64,000 bases of DNA from positions 682,001 to 746,000 of the forward strand of contig JAHLTZ010000006.1 of NCBI GenBank assembly GCA_025786725.1. Direction: 5' to 3'. This DNA comes from Syncephalis fuscata S228 (Eukaryota; Fungi; Zoopagomycota). This document shows, piece after piece, positions 12,600 through 27,689 of the stretch (positions are counted from its first letter, which is position 1; each line of letters opens with the position of its first letter). Below the pieces are notes generated by a model that saw only the letters and a list, made by a program, of their open reading frames with translations, searched no databases and had not been told where the DNA came from. Made by a program: the position numbers and the translations under genes.

Positions 12600-15500
12600 A
12601 TGTCACTCACCACCCATCATCATGTTCAATAGATTGATGTTATTAAATGCAGCCATTTGACCACCGGATCATGTTAAATGACAATAAATAAGACAGTAAT
12701 AAATAAATCATTGGCACTATTATTAAAATAGTTGGTGTAGATGCAGTATTGAATGTAGCTACTTGTAATCTAGCTATTCAAGTATCAGTGACTTTAATTG
12801 AATACATGTACCAGTATTTTAGTTTTATTAAACAGAATAAGCACAACTTTAGACAAACTAGTAATGGAGTCACAGTGTTATGTCGATTCAGCAAACACCT
12901 CATGCGCTTCTTTATTAAATCTACCATTTCAATGTAATATATGTGTAATGCCCACCACCTCCCTCTTTATTACCACCACTTCAATCAAACCAAAGCATTT
13001 AGCAGATGCGCAATAGCAATGCCAGTTAGTGTTGGGTAATATAAACCAGATAAGTATATGTCCCATTTAGAATCCAGCCCAAACAATAGTACCAACGACA
13101 GTATACAGTATTGTTGTCGATGCTTGTGCCAACGAATTCTATAGTTGGTATTGTAAGTTGCATGCAAAATATTTGTGCCCGATAACAAATGCAGTTCAGA
13201 TATACTTGTTGATCCAGCGCCAATGGTTGAATAGCTATAATAAAAGTGCGTTAGTATTGTTTAGTAGTAATAAGCACCTACATCTAGTTGATTGTTCCTT
13301 GCGTATAGTTTATAGTGTACACGAGTGTAGTTGTTTGTGTATTGTTGTTATTTGTTATACAAATAAACTAGAAATGTTGTTAAAAGTTGCTAAACAAGAT
13401 AGCAGCTAATATAGCAACTATACGTCCACCTGGAGTACCGACAATAATACGACTTGGGCGTAAGTAATATTTGTCGGATGCGTACAGCTCTATATTAGCT
13501 GCTATCTTGATGGCGATGCTGTTCAATAAATGTTATAAGATGTCATGGCAATTCAAGCGTAGCAATAAGCTGCACCAAACTATGGATTCACCCATTTGTA
13601 GTTGGTGTCTAGAGCTGAACACATGAACACCACAACATATTACAACTAAACAGCACGTTTCATATGCTGATGCACTATTAAGGTCTCAATATAGCATTAA
13701 TACCAAGCTTCATTTATAAAATCCCGTGCTAATAACGCTAGCACAGCGCATCATACACTATAGCCTGTTGCCAGGGAACGGGCATTTAAATGATTTGATA
13801 CTAGTGCTATATTACAATTTATAACCTGTGCCCACAAGTAAACAATAGGTGATATATGGATACATCCACCCAGATAAACCACATATCTCATCAATCCAGT
13901 GTGTGATGGCAGTGTTCAGCAAGTTGAACAATACCAACACACCTCCAGCGCGCGTTACAAACAGGTGAGCACTAACATATGGTTACCCATCACAGGTCGC
14001 CGCATCCACATGAGGGGAGCGTGCAGCAATACTGACTTGCTAAACACAGTGCTGCACACCCTGTTATCCCACATGTCTCCGCACTACACTAGTATACAGC
14101 CGCCTATTACGGGCAGCCATATAATTGTTGAGCCAGTATAATACAGCAGTCTGCAAATACTGTATTGCACATTCAACACAGCTCAAAAGCAAGAACACAG
14201 TATATCGTGATCAACCAACAAGGGGACCCCACACCACTGGATGTAACTACTAGATTTAATGCTAACCATTAACAAACGGTTTACAGCACATTAACAACTA
14301 GAAACAGGAGAAGGCGAGATAATGAGCAAAAGTAAGCTCAACACAACCTTATAAACTTCAAAACATATCTACCAATTAGAATAAATAATATTGGTAAATA
14401 GTACGTGGTAGTTGCTCATTGGCGTATTGCACCTGACTGAAACCTTCTAATGTCAGATACCATCTTATCAGTAAATCGGATTATAATCCCTTCCTTGTTT
14501 CCATATTTGCTCACTTTTTGCCTTCCATTTGCCAATCATTTCTGTGCATAATCAGCATATCTACACTGGCTAGTTGAATCAATTGGCCAATGCAACTGAA
14601 ACATCACCTAATCGACCATATCAGCGGTATTTTCCGGCACTAGCGGATACGCCCTTTTTTCAAAATGCTTTTATCATTTTGCACGCCATTAAATTGAATA
14701 ATCCACACACAAATTTATTACTTTATTAGATAAATAAAATGATTTGCCTTTTAAAATATGGTATATCACATAATTAACCAATTGAGTTTTAATGCTTTAA
14801 ATAAAATAAAATAATTTATACGATATTACAAAATACATTAAAGTTAATTGAATGAAAACCGGAATAGATACGTAATCATATTACTTTCAAATGTCTATAT
14901 AAAAACCGGAATAATGTAGCACATGCATGCATGACCAAGTAATTATCTAAAATACCAATAAACATGACAGCTTGCTATACAATTTGTGAACCGTATTGTA
15001 ATATCAACAAATATACTAGGCTATGACAGATGTAGTATTAACATATTTGTAAAATAAAGTGTTATTATAAACAGATTATTTTCATACTGATTGACATTGT
15101 AATACTGTACGTTCGTTTAAATACATGCACGACGCAGTACATTGAGGCTTTTTGTTTTACTTGTTTCTTTATTCAACTTTTAACACGCTCTTTTATTGAA
15201 CAACTGTTTATCGCCTTTTCTTGAAACTCAAAACGCCATGAGTTCAACTATTAAAACACTCTCCAATGCTACTCCTACGATTGTTGCTCCTACGCCACAG
15301 CCAGACGCTCCTGCTGCGGCTGTAGCTCCTGCCACATTGCCACAAAATCCTTTAAGGGATGATGGCATGTTTTATTCAAGGCTTCCAGCTTGCTGGGATG
15401 CTTTATCAGAAGAAGAGCGCCAGAGCGCCACTGGCTGGGTTGAGGTGTATGGTATTACATCACAAGGTATGTTAAAGTTATATTAAGTGTATATTCATTT

Positions 15501-18180
15501 AAACAATAATTACTTAGAATTTATGTTAACTGCTGATCAAGAATTCCTTGTTGGAGCCAGTCAACACTGGTAAGTGACATCAATGTTCATATACAGCACT
15601 TAATTAACAATATGTCATATGTCAAATAGTGATTATCAACTGGATGCGGACGATATTCCACAGTCTTGTTTTAAAGTATCGGCAGTAAGTGAGCTATATA
15701 CACTGATGAACTAGACTAACCATAAACTAATACAGAACAACGATACTGTTATATGCACAGTAAGTGAATGGCAATTTAATTTTTTTATTACTAATCATTA
15801 GTTTAGAACATCAATGTGCCAAAGCTTATAGGTTAGTTTTTATAAGTAATAGCTAGTAAATTACTAACATTTGATTTAGTCAATAACGCTAGACTAAGCA
15901 GAAATGTTGTAGAGCAACATAACGACAGTTGCTTTATTACAATCCCCGGTTGTAAAAGTAAGTAATAACTATTTATTATTATTATTATTAACCACGAGTT
16001 GTAGCAACCTTTACCGTTCATAAACTCAAACTTACTGGCTCAACACCAATAGAAGATAATATTCAATATGAACGAGTAAGTATATAAATATAGCTAAATA
16101 TTAAAATAACATATTTATTAATATTATAGGTCATTCGCCCACGCTATATCATCCTTAATGGATTTATTGGCGAGTAAGTATTAAAACTAAATGAAACAAC
16201 TGACTGATTAATTTATTGAAATAGTGGCCAATTTGGTATAGTTCGTATTGGACTAGACCGCAACACGTTAGAGCGTGTTGCGGTCAAAATTTCGCCGTGC
16301 AATCGCGGCTATAGAAGCTTCAGAAGAGAGCTTCGCACCTTGAAAGAGGTGGGCGACCATCCACATGTCGTAAAACTGTTAGGGGAGGGAGCCACCGACC
16401 TAAATACGTACTTGTTTATTGAGTACGCAGCAGGCGGTGATCTGGGCAGCTATATTGAGCAGCACTTCCCCCTTCCAGAAATGGAAGTAAAATATATTTT
16501 CAAACAATTGCTTAAGGGAATTAAGGTAAGTATTTTTATAATTTAATAATTAAAACACTAACATTGTATTAGCATTTACATGACAAAGATATCATTCACG
16601 GTGGTAAGTAAGCTTTTATTAATTAATACAATTACTAACTATTATTATTATTAATTAGACATTAAGGTGGTTATTTATTTAACTAATATTATACATCATT
16701 ACTAACAATTAAATAGCCCGAGAATATATTATTGGCGGCACACCATGAGTGGCCCAGAGTCATGCTTACTGACTTTGGGACAGCTCAGGTGGTGGGTTCC
16801 TCGGTGCGGCCCATATTTTGCGGCACCATCCCGTACATGGCGCCAGAAATGGTGCTATGTAGCGACCAGCGGGGTGATATGCTGGAACGCGCTAAAGCGT
16901 TTCCAGCTATTCACCGCCAACTAACATCGCCGCCATTCGATGTTAATGGATATGGTGTATCCATTGACATGTGGAGTTTGGGCGCCACATTATACGCGAT
17001 GTTAACAAGTAAGTACAAATAAAATAAAATAACTATACTAACTATTCTATAATACAATTAGAACAATTTCCCTATGGTCGACCAAGGGATTTCTTTATTT
17101 ATATCAAGACCGTATTTACGGCACAGCTCAATTTTGGGCAAGAAGCAGAACAAATAAGCAATGAAGGTAAGTCAACTACATATTTATTAGCAATAACTAA
17201 CATTGCGCAGCGGTCGATCTAGTGAAGCGTCTACTGGACATCGACAGTAAAACACGCTTCACTGCGGATCAAGCATTAGACCACGACTGGTTTAAGGAAG
17301 AAGTACAAGAAGTAGTGCCAGCGGTAGAAGTAGAAGTTCCGCTGGAAGAAGAAGCACAAGAAGAAGTTGTGCCGGCAACAGAAACAGTACCAGTTGCAGA
17401 AGTGCAACAGCAGCCGGTATCTAAAAAACGGGTGCAGCCAGATCGTCAGGCTCGTCACGGCAAAAAGTATTATAGATAAAAGGTAAGTAATTACTAACAA
17501 TTAAACAAATCATTATACTAATTATTTAAATACCTAGATGACAGTATATTACTCGCTTATTACTCGTTTGTTTATTTGAACAAATATATTATTTTTTATT
17601 TAGTATATAAATCATCGTTTCATTTTCTATAATGCAATAAAAATAACATGCTTCATTTTAATGACTTTTATTCTTTTAATACATTCGCCATTATACTGAA
17701 TATATGTTCTATAATAATGAGTAGTTTTGGGGGTAAATAACTTTTATTCTTGATGCATTTATTCATTTACTATTAATCTGTTCTATGATGTACTGACATG
17801 TTGGGTAGATTGACTTTTATTATTTCACACTCCATTTATTAATGAATTAAACTCGGCTGTTTATAAATATTGACTGACAGGTTTACATCTCACAATCTAC
17901 GTCATCACACTTCCTTTCTCTTTCTTTACACTTGATAGCATATATCCATTGCATATACTTGTACACTCTATATATACCATCTAAATAGTGTCAGTAGTTG
18001 ACTGACTACTATTTATGTACAAACACTATTTACACTATGTACTTGCATTGCTTTTTGTAATCTAACCTTTTTTGCAAATCACTTTCCTTGCTCTGATCGT
18101 TGCTTTTGGCAGCTTTATTGACACGGTAAGTGCATTCCTGGCTTGTTTTATGTTATTTTGAGCATATGCTGTGAAATCTC
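12600..18180. repeat. Segmental tandem duplication, copy 2; left boundary approximate
   Basis: Shares blocks with copy 1, e.g. gatatacttgttgatcc..gaatagctataataaaagtgc, cgtccacctgga..tacgacttgggcgtaagt and the near-identical downstream ~520 bp. Confidence 0.8.
15238..17479 (+). CDS. Paralogous Ser/Thr protein kinase, non-RD catalytic loop (HGDIKPEN)
   Basis: Same exon structure as 8888-11431: GQFGIVR, VAVK, HGD|IK|PEN with 8-nt exon 16659-16666, DFG, YMAPE, DMWSLG. Acidic then basic tail. Confidence 0.85.
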
Positions 18181-18958
18181 ACTATATGTTTTATTTTTAT
18201 TATAGATTGCAATTGCAGGTTATCTAACAGCAAATTTGCGAACAGCTACTGTTGAGACTGTGCAGTCTATTATTAGCATGATATGCAGTGGCAATCTATG
18301 GTAAATTAAATTATAAATAACTTTGGCAGCATATAGCCACTACAATAACCGTAATAGCTATACAAGTTGTTACTTCTTCATTTCTTTCTGGTATGTAGTC
18401 ATTAGTGACTCTACAGAACTGCATTGACCTTACCAATATTGTTTTGTTTTTCTGAACCAGCATTATGACTGGCATGAAAATTTATGTTTAGTTGTTATAA
18501 ATTCTCTCATTAGTTGCCTATTAATATACATTTAAAGCAAATACCATCCCTCTAGATTCGTAGGTAAGCAATACTACATTTTATTGAATTTGCATATTAT
18601 TAGCAGACGTAAGCAATGCAACGTAAATAGTCGTTGAAGTGTCCATCGCCCATTGTTTAACAAGAATATAGACAGTTAAAACTATATTGTTGTTATAAAT
18701 GACTGAAAATACCACACAATAAAAGTTTATTTTTTATACATCAATCTATCGTCTATACAGCTATCACTCTATGTGTGCGCTGTTGTATAAATTTAACGAT
18801 AAAATATTACTATTTGTGTCTATATTTGCTTTGGTCTTAAAAATAAATAAATAAAATGATTATTATTCATCAATATACACTAATTACAAATAGTACACGA
18901 TATAGTAAATTTGAATACGTATTGTTTATCCTTAGATTAGCCAATATTACGAGCAATA

Positions 18959-21900
18959 CTAGTCTTTGACAATATGAGCAATAAGGTCGCCTGCTACCAA
19001 TGAGTCATTTGCTGCAACCAAAATACGTTCAACTCGGCCGGATACTGGAGCAGAAACAACGGTTTCCATCTTCATGGCGCTTAATACACAGATAGGATCA
19101 CCGTCATTAACATGGACGCCCTCTGTATTATATTACAACTGTATCAATAACGGCAATCATAAAATACTATTGATTAACTTACCTTTCACGCGTACTTCAA
19201 CAACAACACCCGACATTGGACAGCCAATATCTCCTGGCTCATTAGCACTGGCCTTTTCGCGCTGTACATGCTCAATCGCTATTGTAATAATGTCAGTCGA
19301 TCATCAATATATAAACATGAATAATGTATTCAACTTACCGGCATTCTTATCATCAATACCAACGACACGGGTCTCACCGTTTAATTCAAAGAATACGTCA
19401 CGTAATCCAGTATGGGAGTTAAGTGGGCCGATGGCTAATAGCTTAATAATAATAATCTTGCCCGGCTCAAGTTCGACTTCAAATTCTTCGTTGATATGTG
19501 GCTTGGCCAAAAAGTATTGCGTTGGCAGTAGAGAAAGATCGCCATACTTTTCAACAACCTCTTGGAATTCATCGTATACTTTAGGATAGAGTGCAGCACT
19601 AATCACATCAACATCACGCACATGTCGTCCATTATGGGCCTTTTCAAGCTTGACTTTTAATGATTCAAAGTCAAATGGCGCCATAGATTCGCCGGGACGA
19701 CCTTCAATAGGTGGCAAGTTTTTAATGATCTATAGACATAGTATATTAGATTAGATTAGCCAAGTGTATACTCATTGATTTGTATAATAAATACTTACAT
19801 TTGAACGAAGTGGTTCAGGGAATCCACCAACTGGCTGGCCCAATTGACCCTGGAAGAATTCAACAACTGAAGTAGGGAACGATAAACTACGTGCTTTCTC
19901 CTTGACTTGCTCAGCTGTCAACTTGTTTGACACCATAAACTGAGCCAAATCACCAACCACCTTAGATGATGGCGTGACCTTAACAATATCACCACAGAGG
20001 TCATTGGCCGCACAGTATGACTTCTTTACTTCTTCCCATTGTTCACCAAGACCAAGAGACTGAGCCTGGAAAAGTAGATTCGTATATTGTCCGCCCGGCA
20101 TTTCATGCTCATAGACACCTGAATCGTTACTCTTTAGTCCAGGATCAAAGCAGCTGTAGAGCATGCGGATCTGTTCCCAATAAGCATTGATAGCCTGTGT
20201 ATCGGCATGTCTAATACCAGTATCAAGGGAGGTGCCTTGCAACGCAGCAACAATTGCTCCCATAGATGGCTGCGATGTTAAACCAGACATGCCTAATTGA
20301 TAAATTAATAAATAACTTATTATATTGTATTACATTCAAGTGACGACTTACTATCAACGGCCACATCAACAACATCGGCGCCAGCTTCGGCAGCAGCCAA
20401 CATACTGGCCACACCTGTACCAGCCGTGTCGTGTGTATGTACATGAATTGGCAAGTCAGGGAACTTTTCACGAATGGCCTTTACTAGCATGGTAGCAGCT
20501 CGTGGTTTTAATAAACCGGCCATATCCTTAATACCCAATACATGAGCACCCTCCTTGACAAGTTGTGCCGTTAAATCAAGATAGTAATCAAGATTGTACT
20601 TTGTCTTTTGTGGATTAGATACATCACCTATAAAACATTAATAATAAGTATAGCAATAGTAATAATTGATTAGTCAAATTAATCATAATTCAAGTGATTA
20701 ACGTACCAGTGTAGCAAATAACTGCTTCAATAACACCGCCTGCTTGTCGTACAGCATCCATACCAAGTTTGAGATTTTCCATATAATTCAAGCTGTCGAA
20801 CACACGGAATACATCAATACCGTATGATCGGGCCTTTTTACAGAATTCATAGGTCACATTATCGGGATAGGATGTGTAGCCGACTGCATTGGCGCCACGT
20901 AGTAACATTTGGAATGGAATGTTTGGGCAAAGTGCACGTAACTTCTTTAGACGATCCCATGGATCTTCATAAAGGAACCGCATAGCTACGTCAAATGTCG
21001 CACCGCCCCACATTTCCATACTAAAGGCATTCTTAAAGGCATGGGAAGAAACGGCAGCTACACGGGCAATGTCAATTGTACGGAGTCGTGTGGCCAGTAA
21101 ACTTTGATGTGCATCACGCCACGTTGTATCCATAATCAATGTACCCGGGTGCTTTCGAATGGCTTGAGCAAATGCTTCAGGTCCATTTTCAAGCAGTATT
21201 TTACGCCAACCTTCTGCGCATGGCTTTGTCGTATCGGGCAAAAGATCATTAGGACCACTGCTGCATGGTGGCGGCAACACAGGGATTCTTAACTTTTCTC
21301 TATAAGTAGGTTCGCCCTATTAATAGCTGATTAATAAGCGGACCATATGTTAATAAAATTAAGCTGCTAGAACCTACCATTTGTCCTTTAATACTGCTAC
21401 CATTGACGGCAAGATCGCCAAGGTAGGCAAGTAAACGCTGGGCACGGTTAAGATTGGGAACAAGGTCGAATAGTTCCGGTGTATCATCGATAAACGTCGT
21501 CCAACAAATACGCTCACGGAATGTTTCGTGCTGAATAAGTTGTTGTAAAAATGAAATGTTGGATTTAACACCACGAATACGAAACTCGGTTAAGGCACGG
21601 AAGACACGGTCTACAGTTGTTGAATAGTCCATGCCACGGCAGGTCAACTTGACCAACAACGAGTCATAGTGTGGCGTGATTATACTGCCGGCAAAGCCAC
21701 TTGCACCATCAAGTCGAACACCTGGACCGCCTGCCGATCGAATATACCTCAATTCGTCCAGTATCTGGCTGGAAGTTTTGCTGCGGATCTTCAGTCGTAA
21801 TACGACATTGAATAGCATAGCCGCGTAGTTGGATTGATTCTTGAGTTAAATTTAATTCAGGCAATGTCACGCCAAAGGCGATTCGCAATTGAGCAGCAAC

Positions 21901-23202
21901 AATATCAATGCCAGTAATTTCCTCTACACACATTATATTAATTCATTGATAACATATCTATATTGTTCACTTTATACCCCTTACCAGTAATGGTATGTTC
22001 CACTTGAATACGTGGATTAATTTCGATGAAATAATGGCGGCCATTTTGGTCAAGTAGAAACTCGGCTGTGCCAGCATTTCGATAATTAACATAACGAGCC
22101 ATTTTAACGGCATCGTCTAGAATGGCTTGGCGTATTTTTTCCTATTAATTATAAATTGTATTGGTGTCTATTAATTAATAAAGCACATCTTTTGGCTTAG
22201 CGTAAATACTATTCTACTTACATCAAGGAATCGAGCTGGAGCAATTTCAACTACTTTTTGATGACGACGTTGAACGGAACAGTCACGTTCAAATAAGTGA
22301 ATTACGTTGCCGGCACTATCGGCCAATAGTTGTACTTCGATATGACGTGGCCGTTCAAGGAATCGCTCAATGAACACAGTACCATCGCCAAATGCGGCCA
22401 GTGCCTCGCTTTGAGCCCGTTCAAATGCATCTGCTAATTCAGACTGGGCATTAACTACACGCATACCGCGACCACCACCGCCCATAGCAGCCTTGATGAT
22501 GATAGGAAAGCCATGTTCGGCACAAAATAACTCGGCTTCCTTTAATGATTTTAGGGGTCCTGGTGTACCTGGAATAACCGGCACACCACACTCGATAGCT
22601 ATTCAAATATCATCAACGTGCAAATTAGTACTTAGTTGGATCTATATCCCGTTGGTGTATTGATAACATAAATATTTCCCATTTCATTAAGCTTTTAAAA
22701 ATAGCCCGGAACACACTTGCCGCTTTCCGTTATCAGGTCCGCAGACCAATCAACGTGCGGCTTGTCATAGCTTCTTACCAATTTGACGAGCTCGTGTTTT
22801 ATCGCCTAGCTTCTCGATGACATCAGCCGGTGGCCCGGCAAATGCAATACCGGCTTGCTCGACCTTTCGTGCAAACTCGGCGTTTTCTGACAGAAAGCCA
22901 TAGCCTGGATGGATAACATCGACGCCCTGTTGCAAGGCAATACGAATAATTTCGTCCTGTGCTAGATAGGCACCTACTGGACTAAGCTCTCCTGGCTTGC
23001 TAATCATGAAGCCGCCATCAGCGTGCGAACGATGTAGCGAAAAGCGATCCTCATAACTGAATATCGCTACAGTGCGCAGACCAATCTCGTGAGCAGACCG
23101 GAAAACGCGTGTGGCAATTTCACCTCGATTTGCAACTAGTACTTTAGAGTTTACGCTAGCACCACTGCTACGTCGACGAATACTTTCCACGGTCGGTTGC
23201 AT
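18959..23202 (-). CDS. PYC: Pyruvate carboxylase (multi-exon; apparent +1 indel near 21741)
   Basis: [78 protein letters not shown], and the biotinyl AMKM motif at ~19070. Confidence 0.97.
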
Positions 23203-23982
23203 GTTAATGGCGCGCGTTATTCCTGAGATAGACGGACTAGACCAAGCTAATGGTAAAAGACAATCCTTATTAGTAACCGTGGCTATTATGCAGGCTAAAG
23301 AGTCGCTACAAGAAAGTAGAGACCGCTATATACCACGTTGAAAGAGTAGAGAAGAGATGAAGGAATACAAGTAGTGGTAGAGAAGAGATAGCGGTTGAAA
23401 CGGGTGGTTTAGAAAGTAAAGAGAAAAGAAGCAGTAACAAGCCTTCTAGACGTGGCAATATATTGTATCATGTGACCATGACGTTGCCATGATTGAATCC
23501 AAGTTGTTCCAGCTAATTTATATTAGCTAAATACAACTTATTGACAACTAACTGATTAATGATAATATATAATATATAATCAAGTTGGTGAAGCTACTAT
23601 TGATTAAATCTTATTACTAATTACAAGTTTGAGTAGATGGGAATTTTATTAGGTGCAGCTATTTAATATTACTCCAAATCTATTGTGATGATTTAAATTC
23701 TCTTTTATAATACATATAAACATGTACAGTATATCTATGTAATTTATAAGCTATAGAATCTATTTATTAGCTTAGTATCATACTTTATTGATACTTTTAA
23801 ATAAAACTAGCAAATATATATGGATTAATTTGCATTATTGCTATTACCAAATGCATGTTAAAATGCAGTGCACAATTAAAATTACAGATTTTGGCCAATT
23901 AAAAGATTTCATCGATCTCACCTGCCTTTCTTTCAATTGTCTACACTTTTACTCTTGTTTGATACACATAGTCTATCTAGCA

Positions 23983-25951
23983 ATGGCTGACTCTCAATCA
24001 GCGTCTACCGCTACTAAATCGGAAACGACTACCACGTAAGTTGATCAGAATGTAGCTATTAACGGCACACCTACTGAACTGTGGTGAAAATTCAGCACGG
24101 CGAAAGAACATGAACAAGTTGTCACGCCCTGGGATGTAAGTAGAATTTGCGTGGTATATTTAAATCTGTAATAATCTCTTTATTATACTGGGAGTATAGG
24201 TTGAAGGCGCTGTAGTGGATGGCCAGGCACAAGCAATTGATTATGACAAACTGGTTATTCAGTTTGGTACTCGTTCAATTGATGCTGCTTTGCTAGAACG
24301 CTTTGAGAAGTTGACTGGTAAAGCGCCACATATGTTTTTACGCCGTGGTATCTTTTTTTCTCATCGGCAAGTATTGCTTGATAAGCACATTTGTCATTTT
24401 TATATTAATTTTTTATTATTGTTATTATTAACAATAGTGAATTGACTCGTGTATTGGATCGATATGAACAGGGCAAACCATTCTACTTGTATACAGGTCG
24501 TGGTCCAAGCAGTGCTTCAATGCATCTTGGTCATATGATTCCATTCATATTTTGTAAATGGTTACAGGATGTTTTTGATGTGCCACTTGTTATTCAGCTA
24601 ACTGGTAAATATACAGTTTATAATTAATATGAGCTTAGTAATAAGCTGTTCTAATAGATGACGAAAAGTTTTTGTTTAAGAACAATCTGACTATTGAGGC
24701 ATGCTTACAATATTCACGAGATAATGCCAAGGATATTATTGCCGTAGGATTTGATCCAAAGAAAACATTTATCTTTTCCAATTTATCACATGTTGGGTAA
24801 GTAGAATATTAATAGATTAATAGATTAATAATAATGGTAATTAGTGGTGCATTTTATCATAATGTTGTCAAGGTATCTCGTTGTATTACATCCAGTGCCT
24901 CAAAAGCGACATTTGGATTTACGGATAGGTAGAATAAATGAGCGATTGTTTATATAAATACTAATTATTTGATTTTATTAGCGATTGTGTAGGCAAACTG
25001 CACTTTGTGGCTGTTCAAGCTACACCATCATTTTCCAATTCATTCCCTCATATCTTTGGCGAAAAGAAGGATATTCCATGCCTTATTCCATGTGCTATTG
25101 ATCAGGTAGATATTCTATAATAATGTATTCAATAGACAGTTACTAACTAGAAAATAGGATCCATACTTTAGATTGACTCGAGATGTGGCACCTCGACTAA
25201 AATATCAAAAGCCTGCTTTGATTCATGCCAAATTCTTCCCGTCATTAAAGGTTGGCACTTTAATGATATCCAAATATACTGAATCTAATATTATTATTAT
25301 TACTACTATTAGGGACCACAATCTAAAATGAGTGCATCTGATGATTCATCCGCCATTTTCATGAGTGATACACCTGCCAAGATTAAGAACAAAGTAGCTT
25401 ATTAATAGTAATTACTCATATTGTGTTATTAATAATGTATTGTAGATTAACCGATATGCATTCTCCGGTGGCGGTGACACCATTGAATTACATCGTGAAC
25501 ACGGTGGTAATCCCGATGTTGATGTGGCTTACCAATTCCTTGGCATGTTTTTGGATGATGATGCCGAATTAAAACAAATTCACGATGTAACTAGCTGAAA
25601 TCAATTACTAATCACAATGTAGCTTACATGAAAACTGTAGACTTATCGTACCGGCGAATTGTCCACCAGTGAATTAAAGAAACGCTGTATCGAAGTGCTT
25701 CAAGGCATTGTTGGCGATTTCCAAGAGGCAAGAGGCAACAAATACATCATCTACATTATAAACTAATACATTTGCTTACTCTACAGAAAAAGGCCCAAAT
25801 TACCGATGCAGTAATTAGTCAGTTTATGGATGCATCTAAACAGATGGAATGGTCCGTTGCCAAAGCAGCTGCCAGCACTGCCCCAACCAGCGTAAACACT
25901 GCTTCGGATAGCACGAATCTTGAAACGGAAATCAAAGTTATTGCATCTTAG
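23983..25951 (+). CDS. WRS1: Cytosolic tryptophanyl-tRNA synthetase (multi-exon)
   Basis: [53 protein letters not shown]. Confidence 0.96.
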
Positions 25952-26181
25952 CTGACAATAAATGAACATGACTCATTATTCGCACGTTCGGAGAAATTCT
26001 GGATGCCGAGTGTATAAAATTGATCGATTTGATTCCTACAAATTCTACACAAATAAATACATTCATTACAACGCGGTACACATCACATTCTATTGTTATT
26101 TTTCACTTTTCCAGATCTCACTTTTGAATTGCATTTAGCAATCGCTGCTACTACTACCACTACTACCACTACACATTCAGT

Positions 26182-26764
26182 ATGGCTCGTCGTCGCTCCG
26201 CCCCTATGCAGCAGCGCCGTTCGGCATCTACTATGGCTGCGCCAGCTCGTGCTGCACCTGCACCTCCTCCACCAGCTAGATCGGCTGCTGTAGCTCCACC
26301 GGCACCGACCGCACCCACTGCTACTGCCGCCGCACCTTCTCAAGGTCCAGGTCTTTTTGCTCAGGTAAGATTCATTGATGATCGTTATTAGTCATAATAA
26401 TGACACAGCATGAAAATTCAAAACTTACTCTATTGATCTTGCGCGATGACGTATTTAGATGGCATCGACAGCGGCTGGTGTTGCCGTAGGTTCGGCAGTT
26501 GGCCATACCCTTGGTGCCGGTCTTACCGGTATGTTTAGCGGCAGTGGTAGCGAGGCAGCTCCCGCTCCAGCGGCCGAACAGCCTGCTCCTCAGCCATACT
26601 ACGCACAAGCCAACACGACAACATCGTCGGTAGGCGCTACTTGCGAGGCAGATGCACGCGCTTTTACGCGCTGTATCGAACAAAACAACGGTGATATGAA
26701 TTCCTGTCAGTTCTATTTTGATATGCTTCGCCAATGCCAGCAATTCCAGGCCAATAGCATGTAA
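26182..26764 (+). CDS. MIX17: CHCHD2/CHCHD10-like mitochondrial twin CX9C protein (2 exons, intron 26365-26458)
   Basis: GPGLFAQ|MASTAAGVAVGSAVGH motif and C-terminal CX9C-X9-CX9C. Confidence 0.93.
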
Positions 26765-27689
26765 TTGTCGAGCTCATCACGACTGATAATAAAGAAAATC
26801 AATGCATTAATTTTATTATAGATTTAGCGCATATAAAACTAAAATACTTTGTAATTAGCTTAATTTATAGTGTATTACTGTGGAATTTTTTATCAGTGTT
26901 TAATTCAAATATAACAAAACATAGTTACTATTCCACTGTTTAAGTATAATAAGCAAAACAAATAGATTTGTAATTATGAACTTGCCTAGAGTAATAGTTG
27001 CTTTGTATTAATAATACTAAAAATATTGTTCTATAAAATACATTGAAATAATATTTAGGTCAGCACTGTGTCTACTCAACTAGCTATTCAGATGAATAAG
27101 TAGATGTAATTGTTGGTATAGTAATATGGATTAGATATTGATAAACACAAACTTATTGTGTGCAAATGAAACGACCATATTTATAGCTCATGTAAATTGT
27201 TTGTATGCATTTGACGATTGTAAAATAATAACAATATTAAATTCTACAAATAGCATGTAGCAGAGTGGTAGATTTGATAGTAACTTTAATTATACTGAGG
27301 CTATAATTAAATTAATATATTAATTTTATTTGCATATTACCGATGTTTTATTATTTATATTATCGCTAGCATATAGTATACAAGTTTGAATTTAAAATTA
27401 ATAATGCGATAGTAAAAGCACAATATGTGCATTATTTAGTATTTTTATAAGCTGCTATAATAATTTGATTCAACACTAGCGCATATTCATCCATTAGTAT
27501 TATTTTGCGCTATACTTTGATTTACGTAATGGAAAAATAAAATGGCCAGTCGCGTAATTATAGTTTTAAACAAATTGCTTAAAAATGGCGTCAATAACAG
27601 TAATAATTATCAATCAATAATACTAGTTATAATAATACTAGTGTTTTAATATAAATGGCAATAGCATATTGTACAATGAATAGTAGATG

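Noticed and set aside
21735-21750. Programmed frameshift or pseudogenisation of pyruvate carboxylase
   Set aside because: There is one extra base in TAT(T)CGA, no slippery site, and the rest of the gene is intact. It is most likely an assembly indel.
22600-22775. Structured ncRNA (snoRNA/riboswitch) in the longer, GC-richer PYC intron
   Set aside because: No convincing C/D, H/ACA or TPP consensus could be identified by eye. An Infernal/Rfam scan would be needed.
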